A stretch of DNA of 64,000 bases from an uncultured Verrucomicrobiae bacterium (lineage in GTDB: Bacteria > Verrucomicrobiota > Verrucomicrobiia > Chthoniobacterales > JAFAMB01), in contig CAVXLD010000007.1 of assembly GCA_963762565.1 (NCBI GenBank), positions 416,001 through 480,000 on the forward strand, read 5' to 3'. Shown one piece after another: positions 39,268 through 49,460 of the stretch; positions within the stretch are counted from its first letter, which is position 1, and each line of letters opens with the position of its first letter. A program made the translations under genes and the position numbers. The notes under the pieces were generated by a model. The model saw nothing but the letters and a program-made list of their open reading frames with translations. It did not search any database and was not told where the DNA came from.

Positions 39268-40539
39268 ATGTTGTCCCAGACCTCTCCGGGTTCAGGTGGC
39301 AACGACGCTTTCGCGCCGGCGACGCTGCCGTCTCGTTACAGTTCAGCCACCGTTGCAGGTTACAAGATTTTGTCGCCGCTTCCGGAACCAGGGGCGCAGG
39401 CTGACGTTTATGTTGGAGAGGATAATGATAAACAACGCTACGCCGTTAAGCTCTATCGCGGCTTAACAACTCCGTCGCCGGCTACTGCTCGAGCATTGGC
39501 TGAGTTATCCAGCCGCCGGCTTTTAGTGCCCCGTTTCCAAGGTGAGTGGGAAGGAAGGGCCGTCGAAGTTACCGAGTTCTTCCCGTTGGGTAACCTGGCA
39601 GACTTTATCAAGAGGAACGGGCCGTTGGACAAAGAACAGGCGTTGCGTTTGCTCCGTCAGGTGACTGATGGACTGGAGCAACTTCATGGAGCCGGAATCC
39701 AGCACCGCGACCTCAAGCCCACAAACATTTTAGTCCGGTCAGAACGGCCGCTTGACTTAGTTCTCGCCGATTTCGGCCTGGCATCAGTTACGGATACTAC
39801 GGTGCTGACGCAGCCCCGCGGCACTCTGTTCTATTCGGCGCCGGAGACGTTAACGGGTATGTATTCAAAAGCCAGCGACTACTGGTCGCTCGGCATCGTC
39901 TTGATCGAAGCGTTAACCGGAGACTCTATCGCGGCTATACTGCGACATGATGCGCTGCTCCCGTATCGGATTGTGCAAGGCAAGGTGCCGGTTCCATCGG
40001 AGATTCCCAAAGGTTGGCGGCCGTTGTTAACCGGACTACTTGAGCGAGACCATTATCGTAGGTGGCAAGCTCGCCAGGTTCGTCTCTGGCTCGATCGTGA
40101 GAGCCAGAAGGTGGGTGTCGCTGCTGAAAAGAAGGCCAGACCGCTTCTCATCGCCTCCCTGGCCCTGGCTCTGGCATTGACAATTGGCGCTGGCCTTTGC
40201 TTTGACCCCGGCGGGCCGGTTCGCAGCGAAATTTTTGGAAATGCTTTAGGCCAAGCCGAAGATGCTAAGCCACACTCGGTTGTGCCCAATCCAATTGGCG
40301 CTTTGCCTAGGAATGGAGCAGCCGCCGCTCGATTGGAGAGTAATACGCGTTTTAGCTCGATTAATGTGTTTGCTTTGGCGGTCACAACCACGACGGCGCT
40401 GGCCTGGATTTTATCCGGGATCTTTCTGCTGATCGGGATTAGCCATGTGATCAGCGGCGCCCCGCACGGCGCCATTTCGGTTCTCCTCGGAATATCCCTC
40501 GCGGTTGGGGCGTATTTTTTGCCGAGGCTTTGGGGGTAG
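39268..40539 (+). CDS. Hanks-type Ser/Thr protein kinase with C-terminal TM segments
   Basis: AVKLY, HRDLKPTN, DFGLA, GT..YSAPE, SDYWSLG; three hydrophobic helices after the kinase domain. Confidence 0.9.
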   Translation: MLSQTSPGSGGNDAFAPATLPSRYSSATVAGYKILSPLPEPGAQADVYVGEDNDKQRYAVKLYRGLTTPSPATARALAELSSRRLLVPRFQGEWEGRAVEVTEFFPLGNLADFIKRNGPLDKEQALRLLRQVTDGLEQLHGAGIQHRDLKPTNILVRSERPLDLVLADFGLASVTDTTVLTQPRGTLFYSAPETLTGMYSKASDYWSLGIVLIEALTGDSIAAILRHDALLPYRIVQGKVPVPSEIPKGWRPLLTGLLERDHYRRWQARQVRLWLDRESQKVGVAAEKKARPLLIASLALALALTIGAGLCFDPGGPVRSEIFGNALGQAEDAKPHSVVPNPIGALPRNGAAAARLESNTRFSSINVFALAVTTTTALAWILSGIFLLIGISHVISGAPHGAISVLLGISLAVGAYFLPRLWG

Positions 40540-40781
40540 GGGAAAGAAAGAATCGTTCTCGTTCTCGTCGCGTCGTCCTCGTCCTCGAAGTTTTGGGGAA
40601 TTTAAGCAATCCACTGCGATGGTCTAGCAATTCAACGCAATGCCTATCTCAAAACGCCGGGGAAAATCCGTGCTGTTCGAGGACGATTGACGACCAACTG
40701 AGATAAGGCTGTTAAGAGCGCAAAAAATAAAATACAAACCAGGCTGCTCCTTGGACTGGGTGAGTCCGGGGTTTGGCGGAT

Positions 40782-41384
40782 ATGGCGCAGAAACAAAACT
40801 TCACGTTCTTAGCAGATCATCTTTCCCTCGATTTCGTAGGTACTGAGTTCCAGCGGTCCGGAGAACATCAAGATCGATTAGAAACCTTTGACGATCTTCG
40901 TGATTGGCTGAAGCAGGCTGGGTTGCTTGGGTCTCCGGAAGCAGTCGCTCTGGTGAAACGCAGCTCTGCAAACACAAGTGAACGTGTCTTGAGCGCCGCC
41001 AGGGAATTGCGGAAGTCAATCCGGGCAGCAGCTGAAGCGATCATCGACGGTAAGCCGGTGGCGCCCGGATCAATACGCGCCATTAATAATCTCCTCTTAA
41101 AGAGGAATGGCCATTTTCAAATCGATCGACGTTCCGCCCGACTGGAAAGACGATTTGTCTCAGAAATGGGTGACCCTTTGGCCTTGCTAGCTCCGCTAGC
41201 CGAGTCTGCCGCAGATCTCCTTTGCGATGCGAATCCTGCGTTGATTCGGAAATGTGCTGACGAGAGCTGCGACCTGCTTTTCTACGATTCTACAAAGAAC
41301 CATCGGCGCCGCTGGTGTAGCATGAGCGCGTGCGGTAACCGAGCAAAGGTTGCTGCGCATCGCGCCCGGCAAAGGGTGGGGTAA
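40782..41384 (+). CDS. ABATE / CGNR zinc-finger protein
   Basis: LSLDFVGT N-terminus; CADESC.LLFYD.TKNHRRRWCSMSACGNRAK. Confidence 0.92.
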   Translation: MAQKQNFTFLADHLSLDFVGTEFQRSGEHQDRLETFDDLRDWLKQAGLLGSPEAVALVKRSSANTSERVLSAARELRKSIRAAAEAIIDGKPVAPGSIRAINNLLLKRNGHFQIDRRSARLERRFVSEMGDPLALLAPLAESAADLLCDANPALIRKCADESCDLLFYDSTKNHRRRWCSMSACGNRAKVAAHRARQRVG

Positions 41385-41690
41385 AGCGAAACGGCGAGCG
41401 GGCGAAAGGGCGAGACGGCGAAGGGTCCGTTGAGTTTAGGCCCGTGGCTCGGCCACATGCGTCTTCGGCTTCGTGAGCGGATGGGACCTATGCGACTGAT
41501 AGGACTTATAGGTTGAGTGATCGGCGTTTCGCTCGCTCTTTCGCCCATTCGCTGGTGCGCCGGTGCGCCCTATCGCCGGTGCGCCCATTCGCCGGTGCGC
41601 CCATTCGCCGGTGCGCCCATTCGCCGGTGCGCCCATTCGCTGGTGCGCCCTATCGCCGGTGCGCCTTATCGCCCTTTCGCCGTTTCGCTC
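41385..41690. repeat. Inverted repeat arms with a 16-mer tandem array (CGCCCATTCGCCGGTG)n
   Basis: GGCGA-rich arm 41385-41425; about 7 contiguous 16-mer units at 41542-41670; no spacers. Confidence 0.85.
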
Positions 41691-42442
41691 AACGACTTCC
41701 AGGCAAATGGGAATTTCGGACGCAGCACGACGTCCCCTGCATCAGTGATGCCCCATTTGGGAAACTGGCAGTAGAAGCAGCGGGCGCCGAATAGGCTGCG
41801 GAGGAACGCGAAGCGGAAAAAGGAACGGTTACAGCGAGGGCAATTCCAGTTGGCAAGCCACATCGCTAGCAAGAAATAAGCAAAGAAACTGCCGGCAATA
41901 ACGATTGGGGGTAGGAAGAATCGCACCTCGATCATCGCGGCCACAAAGACTGTGATGACAACGCCGCGCAGCCTGCGATAACCCGTCCAACATTGGAAAT
42001 AGTCATTGTCCGCCAAATTCTTGGGGCTGGGCAACTCGGTTTTCTTCACGGAAATAGTAAGCCTGGGTTGCCGGACAGCCTGGCTCAGCGCTCGCTCCAG
42101 CGCGTTACAAATGGTTTCGCGGGTGAACGGTTTCTGGAGAACTTCGAAAATATCAAGAGTGATCGCCTTGGCTGCAATGTCGGTTGCGCCGTAGCCGGAG
42201 ATAAGAATAATGGGCGCTTTACTTCCTTGCTGGCGGACCTTCTCTGCGACTTGCAAGCCGGTACCATCAGCCAGGCGGTAGTCTAGTAGATAGGCGTCAA
42301 ACGACCGTTCTGCGAGGGTTTCGGCGGCGCTAACAACCGATTGGCTGGTGTAAACGTCGTATTGTTGATCCTGCAAAATCCGGCTCAACACTGTGCAAAC
42401 ACCGATATCGTCATCCAGGACGAGAATGCGGTGCATGTTCAT
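41666..42442 (-). CDS. Response regulator receiver fused to a membrane / CxxC..CxxC domain
   Basis: LVLDDD, LDYRL, ISGYG, LQKPF receiver motifs, then two hydrophobic segments and CPRC...CFYC. Confidence 0.8.
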   Translation of the reverse strand: MNMHRILVLDDDIGVCTVLSRILQDQQYDVYTSQSVVSAAETLAERSFDAYLLDYRLADGTGLQVAEKVRQQGSKAPIILISGYGATDIAAKAITLDIFEVLQKPFTRETICNALERALSQAVRQPRLTISVKKTELPSPKNLADNDYFQCWTGYRRLRGVVITVFVAAMIEVRFFLPPIVIAGSFFAYFLLAMWLANWNCPRCNRSFFRFAFLRSLFGARCFYCQFPKWGITDAGDVVLRPKFPFAWKSLSETAKGR

Positions 42443-42496
42443 TACGGAGGTAGGGGAGCCTAGAGAGAAAAGGAAACGCCGTCAACGAGCGGGAAC

Positions 42497-42732
42497 GGTA
42501 GGGCGAAAAACTCGGCGCACCCATCGCGAATCTCGCTATTAAACTATCCCGCGCCGGTTTTGAGCCGCGCCGTGGGGGCGGTATGCCCAGGAGGTGTAAA
42601 TTTTCCTAGTCGTAATAACCGATCCCATCAAAAGCGCGTGCCGCGGCCAACCGCACGGAGCGGCTCAAAACCGGCGCGGAGTAAGGCCGCGGAGCGGCCA
42701 TATCATCGGCGCGCCGAGTTTTTCGCCCTACC
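42497..42732. repeat. REP/REPIN-like element, family B
   Basis: GGTAGGGCGAAAAACTCGGCGC ... GCGCCGAGTTTTTCGCCCTACC with inner CCGCGCCGGTTTTGAGCCGC hairpin arms. Confidence 0.85.
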
Positions 42733-42743
42733 GCTCCCGCTCG

Positions 42744-43802
42744 TTACTCCACTGCCGCGGCAATCGCCTGACCAACCTCGCTGGTGTTTGCTTTACCACC
42801 GATATCTCGGGTGCGTGGACCGTTGGTTAAAACGCTTTCGATCGCCTTCAGAATCGAAGCTGCCGCGTCCGGTTGTCCTAAATGTTCTAACAGCATCGCT
42901 CCGCTCCAGATCTGAGCAATCGGGTTTGCGATCCCCAAACCGGCAATGTCCGGTGCAGATCCGTGAACCGGTTCGAACATGGACGGAAATTCTCTCTCCG
43001 GATTGAGGTTAGCCGAAGGAGCGATGCCGATTGTGCCTGTTACCGCCGGACCTAAGTCGCTCAGGATATCGCCGAACAGGTTGGAGCCGACTACCACGTC
43101 GAACCAATCCGGGTGCTGGACAAAGTGTGCCGTCAAAATATCAATGTGGTATTGGTCGACTCGGATCTCGGGGTAGTGCGCCGCCACGGCTTTCACTCGT
43201 TCATCCCAAAATGGCATGGTGACGGTGATCCCGTTACTTTTGGTGGCGGACGTGAGATGTTTCTTGGGCCGGGACCGCGCCAGCTCAAACGCGAATCGAA
43301 GGATGCGATCAACTCCCCGCCTGGTAAACACCGTTTGTTGAGTGACGACTTCATCTTCGGTGCCATCGTAAATGCGCCCGCCGATAGAGGAATATTCGCC
43401 TTCGTTATTTTCGCGAACGATAAGAAAATCGATGTCGCCGGCTTTACGGTCTCGCAGAGGCGATTCTATGCCTGGCATTAATCGCACCGGTCGCAGGTTG
43501 GCGTATTGCCGAAAGTGTCTCCGAATCGGGATCAGAAGCCCCCAAAGAGAAACATGGTCGGGGATCGGAGGGAACCCGACTGCTCCCAGGAAAATTGCAT
43601 CGTTGTCCTTGAGTTGTTCCAGACCATCCTCGGGCATCATACGCCCAGTCTTTTGATAAAACTCGCAGCTCCAAGGCAACTGATTCCATTGCAAAGCGAA
43701 CCCGTGTTTTCGGCCCGCCGCTTCCACGACACGGATCCCTTCAGGGACAACTTCTTTCCCTATGCCGTCGCCGGGAATGGTGGCGATGCGATAACTTTTC
43801 AT
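42744..43802 (-). CDS. Tartrate dehydrogenase / D-malate dehydrogenase (decarboxylating) family
   Basis: IPGDGIGKEV, PDHVSLWGLL, RENNEGEYS, TSATKSNG, SNLFGDILSD, FEPVHGSAPDI. Confidence 0.92.
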   Translation of the reverse strand: MKSYRIATIPGDGIGKEVVPEGIRVVEAAGRKHGFALQWNQLPWSCEFYQKTGRMMPEDGLEQLKDNDAIFLGAVGFPPIPDHVSLWGLLIPIRRHFRQYANLRPVRLMPGIESPLRDRKAGDIDFLIVRENNEGEYSSIGGRIYDGTEDEVVTQQTVFTRRGVDRILRFAFELARSRPKKHLTSATKSNGITVTMPFWDERVKAVAAHYPEIRVDQYHIDILTAHFVQHPDWFDVVVGSNLFGDILSDLGPAVTGTIGIAPSANLNPEREFPSMFEPVHGSAPDIAGLGIANPIAQIWSGAMLLEHLGQPDAAASILKAIESVLTNGPRTRDIGGKANTSEVGQAIAAAVE

Positions 43803-43888
43803 GCTGTTTGATAGCACGAAGGCGGAGAATTGGCACGTGAGTCACAGGCGCTTTGTATTCGTGCCCTGACGAACTCAGTCCTATGGCT

Positions 43889-44007
43889 GGGAGGGATCGC
43901 GTCCTCGCGATCCTTCCTCGTCGAAGTCCACGACAGACCCGATCCAGCGTTAGAGTAGGCCCAAATTTATAAACCTGTTCGCGGCGCGCGGGGACGCGCG
44001 CCCTCCC
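43889..44007. repeat. REP/REPIN-like element, family C
   Basis: GGGAGGGATCGCGTCCTCGCG ... CGCGGGGACGCGCGCCCTCCC. Confidence 0.8.
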
Positions 44008-44087
44008 ACGCCGCTCCACAACCAGAAACGTGCTATGCATTTCCCGATCAGCCGGGCTACAGTTCCCGTCAGCACGACCTACCCATC

Positions 44088-45245
44088 ATGTCCCCCTACA
44101 AAAAAGTCCTTACCGATAGCAGCCAGGGATTCTCGCTTAAGGAATGGCGATTTGACTCGACAGAAGCAGGCGATGACTCAGGGAAGGGCTCCTGGAGCGC
44201 CAAGAAGCTCTGCCTCGCCGGTGGACGCCAGGAAGGGACCGAGATCGTTGAAATCGACAACGGCGCTCTGAAATTTGTGGTGGTACCAACGCGGGGTATG
44301 AGCATCTGGCGAGCAGAGGCCAAAGGGGTCCGGTTAGGATGGGACTCGCCAGTCAGTGAGATCGTGCATCCAAAATTTGTGGACCTCACTGACCGGGGCG
44401 GAAAAGGCTGGTTGAATGGGTTCGGTGAATGGGTGTCACGTTGCGGGTTAGAATCAATGGGCCCTCCTGGCCCGGATGGGTCTAACGTTCTTACCCAACA
44501 CGGACGCATTAATTATTTGCCCGCGAACCATCTGGAGTTTCGGTTCGAGCCTCAACCAACTCCACGGATCGTGTTGCGGGGAATGGTTGACGAATCGTTC
44601 ATGTTCGGACCCTACCTGCGCTTGATCACCGAGATTTCGACGGAGATCGGCAGCAGTGAGTTAGTGCTAAATGACACAGTGCTGAACTTGGCGGATATCC
44701 CTCAAGAAATGGAGAGTCTTTACCATATCAACTTTGGTCCTCCATTGCTTGGAGCCGGCGCCAAGTTCGTAGCTCCGGTCAAAATAGTCGCTCCTCGAGA
44801 CGCTCGAGCTGCCGAGGTCGATATGGCCAAATGGAATCTCTACGAAGGGCCGCAACCTGCCGGCTATACCGAGCAAGTCTATTTCGCCGAGCTTTTGGGG
44901 GATCAACAAGGTTCTACTCGGGCGTTATTACAAGCTCCTGATGGAAAATCAGGGGCGCTGCTAGCCTTCAATGTGCACGAGCTGCCTTATTTTACTCTGT
45001 GGAAAAACGAGGCCCCGCTGAAGACTGGCTACGTGACCGGCTTGGAACCAGCCACAAGTTATCCGTTTCACAGAACAGAAGAGCGAAAAGCCGGTCGCCT
45101 CGCGACACTCGCTCCAAACGGAGCACATAACGCAAAGGTCACGATCAAAGCGCTGTTGACCGAGGCCGAGGTGCAAGCGGCTATCCGCGGGATTAACGAG
45201 TTGCAAAGGGAGGAGCCCCGTGTGGAGACCAAAGCGATGAGCTAG
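44088..45245 (+). CDS. Aldose 1-epimerase superfamily protein (DUF4432-like)
   Basis: GGRQEG, PTRGMSI, LGWDSPV, RCGLE, HGRI, YHINFG, GYVTGLEPAT. Confidence 0.8.
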   Translation: MSPYKKVLTDSSQGFSLKEWRFDSTEAGDDSGKGSWSAKKLCLAGGRQEGTEIVEIDNGALKFVVVPTRGMSIWRAEAKGVRLGWDSPVSEIVHPKFVDLTDRGGKGWLNGFGEWVSRCGLESMGPPGPDGSNVLTQHGRINYLPANHLEFRFEPQPTPRIVLRGMVDESFMFGPYLRLITEISTEIGSSELVLNDTVLNLADIPQEMESLYHINFGPPLLGAGAKFVAPVKIVAPRDARAAEVDMAKWNLYEGPQPAGYTEQVYFAELLGDQQGSTRALLQAPDGKSGALLAFNVHELPYFTLWKNEAPLKTGYVTGLEPATSYPFHRTEERKAGRLATLAPNGAHNAKVTIKALLTEAEVQAAIRGINELQREEPRVETKAMS

Positions 45246-45254
45246 GGGGGAGCG

Positions 45255-45566
45255 TGAGAAGTGATTGGTGATTGGTGATTGGTGATTGGTGATTGGTGAT
45301 TGGTGATTGGTGCAGCAAAGGCTCCCGAAGGACCCGGTGACAATGCGAGGAAAATCCGCGAACACCTGGACTAATTGGTGAGCGATGCCTAAAAACGCGC
45401 CGAGCCGTAGCCGAGCGATAGACCACGGCTCGGCGCGTTTTTCGACGTAGACGTACTGATGGCTAGGTGAATGTCAGAGGCTGCGCTGTAGCGCTCGGTC
45501 CGTCGGGAGCCTCGCCCTACCAGTAAGCGCTGCCCGCCCCACCAATCACTCCAATCACTAATCACG
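45255..45566. repeat. Nested element: (GGTGATT)n arm - family A REP (45309-45521) - (AATCAC)n arm
   Basis: All three layers visible between convergent genes. Confidence 0.8.
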
Positions 45567-45567
45567 C

Positions 45568-46260
45568 CTAATCCGCTGGCCTGTTCAGCGAATATTTGGT
45601 CACTCCGACCTGTTTACGGATCGCCGAAAACAGATCCTCGACTCCTTGCCGATTGGCGAAGTTGATCACGAAAGCCGGTAACCCGCCGCCGCCGTCAGTT
45701 AAAATCGTGTAGGTGGCAATGGTCCTCGTGCCGCCGTCGCACGAGTCGAGGTGCCATGACCCTTGATCGAGCGTGATCCGGATCACTCCGGGACTCGGAG
45801 TTGGTCCAACCGAGTTTATCGGTTCCCAATGGAAATGGTAACTGACAGTTCCATCTTCATGCTTTTCCGCTCGGCTGGACACAGCTACGGTCACATCACG
45901 AGCCCCGATAAACGGTGGGTCCAAACGAAAATAACCGATCACTTGATGCAGCTTGCGCTCGATGATCTGGGTTTTGGTCATATAAGGCATGAAGCTTGGG
46001 TAATCTTCCACCTCGTCGATCACGTTTCTTACCACCCAATTCGGAGCGTCGATTGAACCAACCGCTCGAATTTCTTTGATCGGACAACCTGAGCGCGAGC
46101 GAGCGAAAATTGCTAAGCCCTCATCTTTACTTACCTGTACCCAATCTGAGTTCTCCGGGCTGGCTGAGCCGCTGGAAATAAAGCTCACCAGCCCGCAAAA
46201 AAGGCAGGCGATTGAAACCGCGGCAGTTCCCCTTCGTACCTTTGACTTACGCGATAGCAT
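45568..46260 (-). CDS. START/SRPBCC lipid-binding domain protein, probably secreted
   Basis: Signal-like N-terminus; W....DEG..IF.R, YPSFMPY, PPFIGARD, GSW.L, DGGG.LPAFVINFAN. Confidence 0.8.
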   Translation of the reverse strand: MLSRKSKVRRGTAAVSIACLFCGLVSFISSGSASPENSDWVQVSKDEGLAIFARSRSGCPIKEIRAVGSIDAPNWVVRNVIDEVEDYPSFMPYMTKTQIIERKLHQVIGYFRLDPPFIGARDVTVAVSSRAEKHEDGTVSYHFHWEPINSVGPTPSPGVIRITLDQGSWHLDSCDGGTRTIATYTILTDGGGGLPAFVINFANRQGVEDLFSAIRKQVGVTKYSLNRPAD

Positions 46261-46433
46261 GACGCTTTCGTTCGGAAATCAGGCCAAGTTCGGCCATCTA
46301 GTCGAGTCTAACTGAAGTAGTCCGATAAAAGCTGCATTATTGTTCAGTTCAAACAGAGAAATTTGTGATGGTTAGGTTAACCGGCCTGCCGAACTGGTTT
46401 TGTAGCCAACCGCCAGGCCGCTCGAAGACAGGA

Positions 46434-47762
46434 TCATTCACCAACGCTGGCGTATTCGTCGCCAATGTCCTTATGCGAGTATTCAACCATGAAAAAGGTG
46501 GAGACGAATGCAATTACCGCGCATATCGCCATGTACAAGGCGACCACCATTCCCGACTTGTAGGTTGCAAATAGCCAGGTGGCGATCAATGGGGAAGGCC
46601 CGCCGGCGATAATGGAGGCGAGTTGATAGCCCAAAGAGGCGCCACTGTATCGCATCCGAGGTGTGAATTGCTCGGCGATTAGCGCTGCCTGAGGCCCGTA
46701 AACCATGGCGTGCGGGAGTGCTCCAAGGATGGCTCCGACGAACACTAACGCTGGATTTCCCGAATCCAGCAGCGCGAAAAACGCGAACGAGGCAACGATC
46801 ATCGTGGCCGCGCCGATGAGATACATGTTCTTTCGTCCAATGCGGTCCGACAAATGACCGAAGAAAGGGATCAAAAAGAATTCAAGGACGGAAAAGACGA
46901 GCATCGCGTTTAAGAAGAAGGTCTTGTCCATCTTCAGATGTTGGACGCCGTATGCGAATATGAAGGCAGTAAAGATGTAATAGGGGGTCTGTTCGGCCAA
47001 CCGAATCAAAGCCGAGAGAATGACCGATCCCCCTTGCTTTCGCAGAACCTTCAAGGCCGGTACTCTTTCGATCTTGTTCTCTGCGACAAGCTTGGTGAAG
47101 GTCGGCGTTTCCAAAATACTGAGCCGGATCCAAAGCCCGATCACGACCAGAACGCCGCTAAAAAGGAAAGGGATGCGCCAACCCCAGGTCTGGAATTGTT
47201 CGGCAGGGAGAGTATTGGCGAAAGCGAGTACAGCTAAGTTGGCCAGAAAGGAGCCCACCGGGACCCCGAATTGAGGCCAGGACGCGATAAACCCGCGGTT
47301 GCCGAAAGTCTTCGTCCACTCCATCGCCAGCAGCACCGAGCCGCCCCATTCTCCGCCGACCCCGACTCCTTGAAAAAACCGGAGGACGGTTAAGATAATG
47401 GCGCCCCAGATGCCGATCTGCGCGTACCCCGGCACAAATGCTACCAGAAAGGTAGCGATACCCATGAGCAAGAGTGTGGCAATAAGCGCTCCTTTGCGGC
47501 CAATCCTATCGCCGTAGTGGCCAAAAATAGCGGCTCCAACGGGTCTCGCTATAAAGCCAACCGCATAGATTAAGAAAGCGTTCAGAGTTCCCACCAACGG
47601 GTTGTCGTTGGGGAAAAATTGTTTTGCGAAGACTAAACCGGTTACGATGCTATAAAGGAAAAAATCGTACCATTCGATTGAGGTTCCGATGGTGCTTGCG
47701 ATGACGGCTCGAAAGAGCATCGAGCGCCGCTTGCCTTCCGTGAGTTCTGGGGCGGTGCTCAT
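46434..47762 (-). CDS. MFS transporter, metabolite:H+ symporter (ShiA-like)
   Basis: GTSIEWYDFFLY, FGHYGDRIGRK, GGEWGG, WGWRIPF, ETPTF, RYSGASLGYQL. Confidence 0.92.
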   Translation of the reverse strand: MSTAPELTEGKRRSMLFRAVIASTIGTSIEWYDFFLYSIVTGLVFAKQFFPNDNPLVGTLNAFLIYAVGFIARPVGAAIFGHYGDRIGRKGALIATLLLMGIATFLVAFVPGYAQIGIWGAIILTVLRFFQGVGVGGEWGGSVLLAMEWTKTFGNRGFIASWPQFGVPVGSFLANLAVLAFANTLPAEQFQTWGWRIPFLFSGVLVVIGLWIRLSILETPTFTKLVAENKIERVPALKVLRKQGGSVILSALIRLAEQTPYYIFTAFIFAYGVQHLKMDKTFFLNAMLVFSVLEFFLIPFFGHLSDRIGRKNMYLIGAATMIVASFAFFALLDSGNPALVFVGAILGALPHAMVYGPQAALIAEQFTPRMRYSGASLGYQLASIIAGGPSPLIATWLFATYKSGMVVALYMAICAVIAFVSTFFMVEYSHKDIGDEYASVGE

Positions 47763-48131
47763 TTCTTATTCCTGATCGAGACTGCGTTAAACGATTGGGA
47801 CACGATTCGCCCAGGGTTGAATTCCATTCGGCGCAAAAAAAACGGCGCGCAGACAAGAACGACAATGATCGAAACGGGGGGGTGCATGACTTTTCCTTGT
47901 AGCAGATCCGGTTTTGGACCGGCGCGAATAGTGTAATCGGAAGAGCTGGCGACCGTCAATGGCGATGGACAAGGGCGAGCAGGAGCTGGCGCACCCCGTA
48001 TATCGTAATGCGATTTAAAGCCCATTGTGATCATGGGGATGTTCGGTTCACTCCAGGATGACGGGCCGACCGCGGTGGATCCACGCCGCACGCCCATTCG
48101 CCCATTTATCCTGACTGCGGTATTTTCCCGC

Positions 48132-48830
48132 ATGAGAGTTCTCCTGTTCGATACCTTTGGTACCCTCGTGGATTGGCGAACCAGCTTGATTACTCTTCTG
48201 AACGATTTCGGGCGCAAGAAAGGGCGGCAGATTCCAGCTACGGAAATCGTTGATCGCTGGCGCACGGCTTACGAGCCGATGATGGGCCGTGTGCGTACGG
48301 GCAAACTTCCTTGGACTGATCTTGACGCGCTTCATCGGATGGCGCTGACGGAGCTGCTCCCTGACTTTCAGCTGGCGGACTTAACGGCGGCCGAGATCGA
48401 TCAGCTGACACTTGGCTGGCACCAATTATCGCCTTGGCCAGACTCGGTGCCAGGTCTCACCCAGCTAAAGCGCAAGTTCATTTTGGGGCCGCTCTCCAAT
48501 GGCAATTTCTCGTTGCTTGTCGATTTATCGAAGTTTGCCGGTTTACCTTGGGACGCAATCTTGGGTGCAGATCTGTTCCGGCACTACAAGCCGGATCCTG
48601 AGACGTATCTGGGAGCCTGCGAGCTCCTCAAGCTGTCACCCCCAGAGGTGATGCTGGTGGCTGCACACAATTATGATTTAAAGGCTGCCCAATCCCTTGG
48701 GCTAAAGACAGCCTTCGTCGGTCGGCCGACAGAATACGGACCACGTCAGATAAAAGACTTCGGCCCCGAAGGGAACTGGGATTTTGTCGCGCGAGACATG
48801 ATCGAGTTGGCAGAGCAGCTTGGGGGCTGA
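48132..48830 (+). CDS. Haloacid dehalogenase type II family
   Basis: FDTFGTLVDWR, WHQLSPWPD, LSNGN, YKPDP, MLVAAH.YDL.AA. Confidence 0.9.
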   Translation: MRVLLFDTFGTLVDWRTSLITLLNDFGRKKGRQIPATEIVDRWRTAYEPMMGRVRTGKLPWTDLDALHRMALTELLPDFQLADLTAAEIDQLTLGWHQLSPWPDSVPGLTQLKRKFILGPLSNGNFSLLVDLSKFAGLPWDAILGADLFRHYKPDPETYLGACELLKLSPPEVMLVAAHNYDLKAAQSLGLKTAFVGRPTEYGPRQIKDFGPEGNWDFVARDMIELAEQLGG

Positions 48831-48902
48831 GGCGTATCGGCGTGCGGGAAAATCCGGGAACTGAGGGGAACGTCCGGCTGCTCGAGGTCGGTGAACTAAG
48901 AC

Positions 48903-49033
48903 GGATAGGACCTATACGACCTATGGGACCAATAGGACTTATGGGACCAATAGAACTTATGGGTCGAGGCGCCTGTTGCCTCAGGTGGCACCGGCGGCAT
49001 CATATAAGTCCCATAGGTCCTATAAGTTCCCAT
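48903..49033. repeat. Inverted nonamer arms (GGGAC(C/T)TAT)n ... (ATA(A/G)GTCCC)n
   Basis: Arms at about 48903-48963 and 49001-49033; same unit at 8238-8270, 9690-9720, 31473-31503 and 58236-58275. Confidence 0.85.
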
Positions 49034-49130
49034 TCGCTGCAGGTCACTGGCCGTCGAGTGATTGCACGTAGGTGCTCACCCCTCGGCTAAACGCCGATAC
49101 GCCCATACGGCATTAACAACCCAGCGCTTG

Positions 49131-49247
49131 CTACTTCTTCTTGAACGGCCCGTGCACGAGTCGTCGTTCCAACAGCCAAAGAACAAAACCGACGATTGCG
49201 TAGAGGAAGAACTGATAGAGGTAGACCCAAAGAGTAGAGGGGAGCAT
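49131..49247 (-). CDS. Small single-TM protein, 38 aa (MLPSTLWVYLYQFFLYAIVGFVLWLLERRLVHGPFKKK)
   Basis: Manual translation; about 20-residue hydrophobic stretch followed by a basic tail; TAATAT 8 nt before the ATG. Confidence 0.5.
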   Translation of the reverse strand: MLPSTLWVYLYQFFLYAIVGFVLWLLERRLVHGPFKKK

Positions 49248-49344
49248 CGGCCGCAATATTACAGGGCTAGATCCAAATTTAAACCAATAAAAGAGGCTAC
49301 ACCGTGGCGGTGTGAGCGAGCGAACGCGTTGGAGAATGGCACTA

Positions 49345-49460
49345 AGTAAGCGGTAAGCGGTAAGCAGTAAGCGGTAAGCAGGGTGTCAGCCCAACCCGAA
49401 TTTGGCCGCAGAATCTCTGTACTGCCGACCGCTTACCGCTTACCGCTTACCGCTTACTGC
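49345..49460. repeat. Inverted heptamer arms (TAAGCGG)n ... (CCGCTTA)n
   Basis: Arms at 49345-49380 and 49428-49460. Confidence 0.85.

Noticed and set aside
41542..41670. 16-bp repeats as a CRISPR array
   Set aside because: Units are contiguous with no unique spacers, are too short, and no cas genes are present.
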